The notes beneath the pieces were generated by a model, which was not told the DNA's origin, ran no database searches, and was given only the letters and a program-made list of their open reading frames with translations. Source: Candidatus Woesearchaeota archaeon B3_Woes (lineage in GTDB: Archaea; Nanobdellota; Nanobdellia; Woesearchaeales; B3-WOES). Taken from it: a stretch of 64,000 nucleotides of DNA. The translations under genes and the position numbers were made by a program. Where the stretch lies: the NCBI GenBank assembly GCA_005222965.1, contig NJBG01000001.1:332323-396322 (forward strand), written 5' to 3'. Every line of letters begins with the position of its first letter. Within the stretch, counting starts at the first letter, position 1. This document shows positions 60,361 to 64,000 of the stretch, one piece after another.

Positions 60361-61484
60361 ATGTTCTTTTTATTTTGGAAAATTATTTGCCCCATATTGG
60401 AGGGGTAGAAATTATTTTTCAAAATCTAACTGAAGGATTAGTTAAATTAGGTCATAATGTGTCTATAGTAACACATAGATTAAAAGGAACAAAAAAATTT
60501 GAAATAATTAATGGTGTTAAAATTTATAGAGTTAATTGTTTTCATAGTAGATATTGGTTTACTTTTTTTTCCATCCTACAATCTTTTAAATTAGGCAAGA
60601 AAACAGATATTATACATACCACAACTTTTAATGGCGCTTTTCCTGCGTGGTTTGTTTCAAAGTTATTAAGAAAGAAATGTATAATAACTATTCATGAAGT
60701 TTGGATTAAAAAATGGAATAAATTAACTGAGATTAATTGGTTTAATGCAAAGATTCATGATGTACTTGAAAAGCCCATATATTTATTAAATTTTAATAAA
60801 TATGTATGTGTTTCTAAATCAACACAAAATCAACTCTTAGGTATTGGAATAAACAAAAATAAAACAAAAGTAATTTACAATGGTATTGATTATAACCATT
60901 GGAATCCAAAAAAATATAATAGAAAAAGATTAAGAAAAAAGTTGAGTTTAGAAAAAAATTTTGTTTATATGTTTACCGGAAGACCTGGGATAAGCAAAGG
61001 GCTAGAATATCTAATAAAAGCTGTACCTTTGATATCTAAAAAAATACCTAACGCCAAGTTATTAGCTATTATGAGTAAAGATAAGGCGTATTCAAAAAGA
61101 TATAATGATATATTAAATTTAATTAAAAAATTAAAGATAAAAAACAAAGTTATTATTCATGATCCTGTGAGTTACAAAGAATTGCCAAATTACGTTAAAG
61201 CATCTGACTGTGTGGTTGTTCCTAGTTTGGCAGAAGGGTTTGGTTTTGCTGCTGTAGAAGCTTGTGCAATGAGGAAACCAGTGATTATTTCAAATATAGA
61301 TTCATTACCAGAAGTTATTTCAGGTAAATATATCTTAGTTAAACCTAAAAATCCAGAAAGCATTACAAAAGGGATTGAAAAGATTTATCACAATCAAATT
61401 ATCAAAAGTGAATTAAAAAGATTTGAACTTAAAGATAATATTCGTAATTATTTAAAAGTTTATAAAGAAATTCTTGAGAACTAA
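60357..61484 (+). CDS. GT4 glycosyltransferase
   Basis: PHIGGVE, GR...KG, PS.AEGFG....EA. Confidence 0.92.
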   Translation: MNVLFILENYLPHIGGVEIIFQNLTEGLVKLGHNVSIVTHRLKGTKKFEIINGVKIYRVNCFHSRYWFTFFSILQSFKLGKKTDIIHTTTFNGAFPAWFVSKLLRKKCIITIHEVWIKKWNKLTEINWFNAKIHDVLEKPIYLLNFNKYVCVSKSTQNQLLGIGINKNKTKVIYNGIDYNHWNPKKYNRKRLRKKLSLEKNFVYMFTGRPGISKGLEYLIKAVPLISKKIPNAKLLAIMSKDKAYSKRYNDILNLIKKLKIKNKVIIHDPVSYKELPNYVKASDCVVVPSLAEGFGFAAVEACAMRKPVIISNIDSLPEVISGKYILVKPKNPESITKGIEKIYHNQIIKSELKRFELKDNIRNYLKVYKEILEN

Positions 61485-61579
61485 GAAATCATAACTTTTA
61501 TAAGTTCTTTATTTTGATTATAATAAAGACGTATAGAAAAATATTTAAAGTTCTATAACGAGTTAAAAATATAATCATT

Positions 61580-62626
61580 ATGAAAAAAGCATTAATAACT
61601 GGAATAACTGGACAAGATGGAAGTTACTTAGCAGAATTCTTAATTGATAAAGGTTATGAAGTCCATGGATTAATGAGAAGAAGCTCTTCATTCAATACAG
61701 GAAGGATAGATCATCTACACACGGTTGAAGAAGATAAAAAAACAAAAATATTTAACCATTATGCTGATCTTAGTGATTCCAGTTCACTATTTAGGTTGAT
61801 CAATAAAATTAAACCAGACGAAGTATACAATCTTGGTGCACAATCTCATGTAAAAATTTCATTTGATATTCCCGAGTATACTGTTGATGTTGATGCTCTT
61901 GGAACTGTTAGACTTCTTGAGGCTATAAGGGCTGTTAATCCAAAAATTAAGGTTTACCAAGCATCATCAAGCGAAATGTTTGGAAAAATTAGGGAAAAAG
62001 TTCAAAACGAAGAAACACCATTTTACCCAAGAAGCCCATATGGGTGTGCAAAAGTGTTTTCATATTGGATTATGAAAAACTATCGAGAATCGTATGGTAT
62101 GTTTACTTGTAATGGAATCTTATTTAACCATGAATCTCCAAGAAGAGGTAGAAATTTTGTTACAAGAAAGATCACAAGAACCCTATGTGAAATCAAACTT
62201 GGATTAAAAGAAACTTTGTATTTAGGAAATCTCAATGCAAAACGAGATTGGGGTTATGCTAAAGATTATGTTGAAGCTATGTGGTTAATGATGCAACAAA
62301 AAGAACCAAAAGACTATGTGATTGCTACAGGAGAATCTCATTCTGTAAGAGAGTTTGTAGAATTAGTATGTAAAGAGCTTAATTTTGATTTGGAATGGGA
62401 AGGAGAAGGGCATAAAGAAATTGGAATTGATAAAAATACTGGAAAAACGATTGTTGCAGTTGATGAAAGATTTCTTAGACCATCTGAAGTAGATACACTA
62501 CAAGGAGATCCATCTAAAGCTAGGAATGAGTTAAAGTGGAATCCAAAGACGAAGTTTAAAGATCTTGCAAAGATTATGGTAGAAACTGATATGAAAATGT
62601 TAAAAGAACACGATGAAAGATTCTAA
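61580..62626 (+). CDS. gmd: GDP-mannose 4,6-dehydratase
   Basis: [33 protein letters not shown]. Confidence 0.97.
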   Translation: MKKALITGITGQDGSYLAEFLIDKGYEVHGLMRRSSSFNTGRIDHLHTVEEDKKTKIFNHYADLSDSSSLFRLINKIKPDEVYNLGAQSHVKISFDIPEYTVDVDALGTVRLLEAIRAVNPKIKVYQASSSEMFGKIREKVQNEETPFYPRSPYGCAKVFSYWIMKNYRESYGMFTCNGILFNHESPRRGRNFVTRKITRTLCEIKLGLKETLYLGNLNAKRDWGYAKDYVEAMWLMMQQKEPKDYVIATGESHSVREFVELVCKELNFDLEWEGEGHKEIGIDKNTGKTIVAVDERFLRPSEVDTLQGDPSKARNELKWNPKTKFKDLAKIMVETDMKMLKEHDERF

Positions 62627-63695
62627 AATTCCGGTTGCTGAACCTGATTTGAATGGAAATGAATTAGATTATGTGACTGATTGTATAAAAAGCAGTTGGG
62701 TTTCATCTAAAGGAGAATATATTAAAAAATTTGAAGATGCTTTCAGTAAATATTGTAATGTAAAACATAGTATTTCTACTTCGAATGGAACTGCCGCTTT
62801 ACATCTCGCTTTAATTGCTCTCGGAATTAAAGAAGGGGATGAAGTTATTGTTCCTAATTTAACTTTTATCGCTAGTGCAAATACAGTTAAATATTGTAAT
62901 GCAAAACCTGTTTTTGTTGATGTTGATAAAGAAACGTGGAATATAGATGCTAATAAAATTGAAGAAAAGATTACCAATAAAACAAAAGCAATAATGCCAG
63001 TTCACCTTTATGGAAGTCCATGTGATATGGATAAAATAATGGAAATTGCAAAAAAACATAATTTATTTGTTATAGAAGATTGTGCTGAAGCTCATGGTGC
63101 AGAATATAAAGGGAAAAAAGTTGGTGGTTTTGGTAATGTTGCTTGTTTTAGTTTTTTTGGAAATAAAATAATCACAACAGGGGAAGGAGGTATGTGTATA
63201 ACTAATAATAATAAGCTTGCTGAAAAGATGAAAATTTTAAAAGATCATGGAATGAGCAATACTAAAAGATACTGGCATCCTCTTGTAGGTTATAATTATA
63301 GAATGACTAACATACAAGCAGCTATAGGTTTAGCTCAGTTAGAAAGAATTGAAGATTTTATTGAAATAAGAAGAAAGAATGCTCAGTTATATGATTCTTT
63401 ATTAAAAAATGTAAAAGGCATAAGATTATCAATTGAAAAAGAAAACACAAAGAATGTTTATTGGATGTATTCTATCTTATTAGAAAACAGGGAAGAAGTG
63501 ATGGAAAGACTCAAAGAAGATGGGGTTGACACCAGACCTTTTTTTTATCCTATTAATACTATGCCTCCATATAAAAATGATGAAAAGTTTCCTATTTCAA
63601 AAGAATTAAGTAAAAAAGGATTAAATTTACCTTCTTCTACATTATTAGATGAAAAAGATATAAAAAGAATTGTTGAAACAATAAAGAGGGTGTGA
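62613..63695 (+). CDS. DegT/DnrJ aminotransferase, probable GDP-perosamine synthase
   Basis: [29 protein letters not shown]; directly after gmd. Confidence 0.88.
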   Translation: MKDSKIPVAEPDLNGNELDYVTDCIKSSWVSSKGEYIKKFEDAFSKYCNVKHSISTSNGTAALHLALIALGIKEGDEVIVPNLTFIASANTVKYCNAKPVFVDVDKETWNIDANKIEEKITNKTKAIMPVHLYGSPCDMDKIMEIAKKHNLFVIEDCAEAHGAEYKGKKVGGFGNVACFSFFGNKIITTGEGGMCITNNNKLAEKMKILKDHGMSNTKRYWHPLVGYNYRMTNIQAAIGLAQLERIEDFIEIRRKNAQLYDSLLKNVKGIRLSIEKENTKNVYWMYSILLENREEVMERLKEDGVDTRPFFYPINTMPPYKNDEKFPISKELSKKGLNLPSSTLLDEKDIKRIVETIKRV

Positions 63696-63706
63696 GGGGT
63701 TTGTCA

Positions 63707-64000
63707 ATGAGAATTGGAATCTATAACCATACATTCATCTATGGAAGTGGGATTGATAATGTTATTAAAGAAATTGCTAATAGACTTTCTAAAAATCATA
63801 AAGTTGAAATAAATTCTTTTTTTGATAATAGAAGGGATTGTAAATCAAAAATAAATAAACTTTCTCTATCAAGAAAGAAATCTGTTTTCACTAGTTACAA
63901 TCCTTTTGTTGCTCTAAGAACTATAAAAAGTGTTAAAAAATATGATGTTGTAATGACTCATATTTATCCTATGAATCTGCTAGTTTCATTAGGAAGTTTA
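63707..64000 (+). CDS. GT4 glycosyltransferase N-terminus (3'-truncated by the window)
   Basis: GAGGGG SD; MRIGIYNHTFIYGSGIDNVIKEIANRL...YDVVMTH, open to the window end. Confidence 0.7.
   Translation, partial: MRIGIYNHTFIYGSGIDNVIKEIANRLSKNHKVEINSFFDNRRDCKSKINKLSLSRKKSVFTSYNPFVALRTIKSVKKYDVVMTHIYPMNLLVSLGSL

Overview
AT-rich archaeal chromosomal segment. The gene content (archaeal DnaG, Topo VI, TFS, Nop5/fibrillarin, Rio1/Dim2, Taw1, AglB, leaderless and GGAGGTGA-led genes, giant Ig-like surface proteins, and bacterial-type thyA/folA/glyA/folC/ahcY) suggests a DPANN archaeon, most likely Woesearchaeota; this assignment is inference. Most of the window is housekeeping: topA, a thymidylate/folate cluster, cysS, dnaG, rio1-dim2-top6B/A, trpS, C/D RNP proteins, porCDAB, presenilin, ahcY, S-layer-like genes and an aglB/GDP-perosamine glycosylation cluster. 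The most notable unannotated signals are: (1) an ArsR regulator and three divergent small genes; the regulator and two of the three small proteins share an H/P-x-P-P-H motif, including an uncalled 42-aa peptide resembling the regulator's own C-terminus; (2) two ORB-like boxes plus five GTCTCA-like repeats beside an AT-rich tract and a coiled-coil/HTH gene, a candidate origin with no adjacent cdc6; (3) a two-hairpin H/ACA-like RNA upstream of dnaG; (4) a tRNA-Trp with two introns, one a minimal Cm34 guide; (5) a structured, RBS-occluding leader on the Lrp gene opposite ahcY; (6) a 36-aa PIP-box-like peptide; (7) a gene flanked by recombination-site-like repeats. All calls were made by eye; no searches were run.
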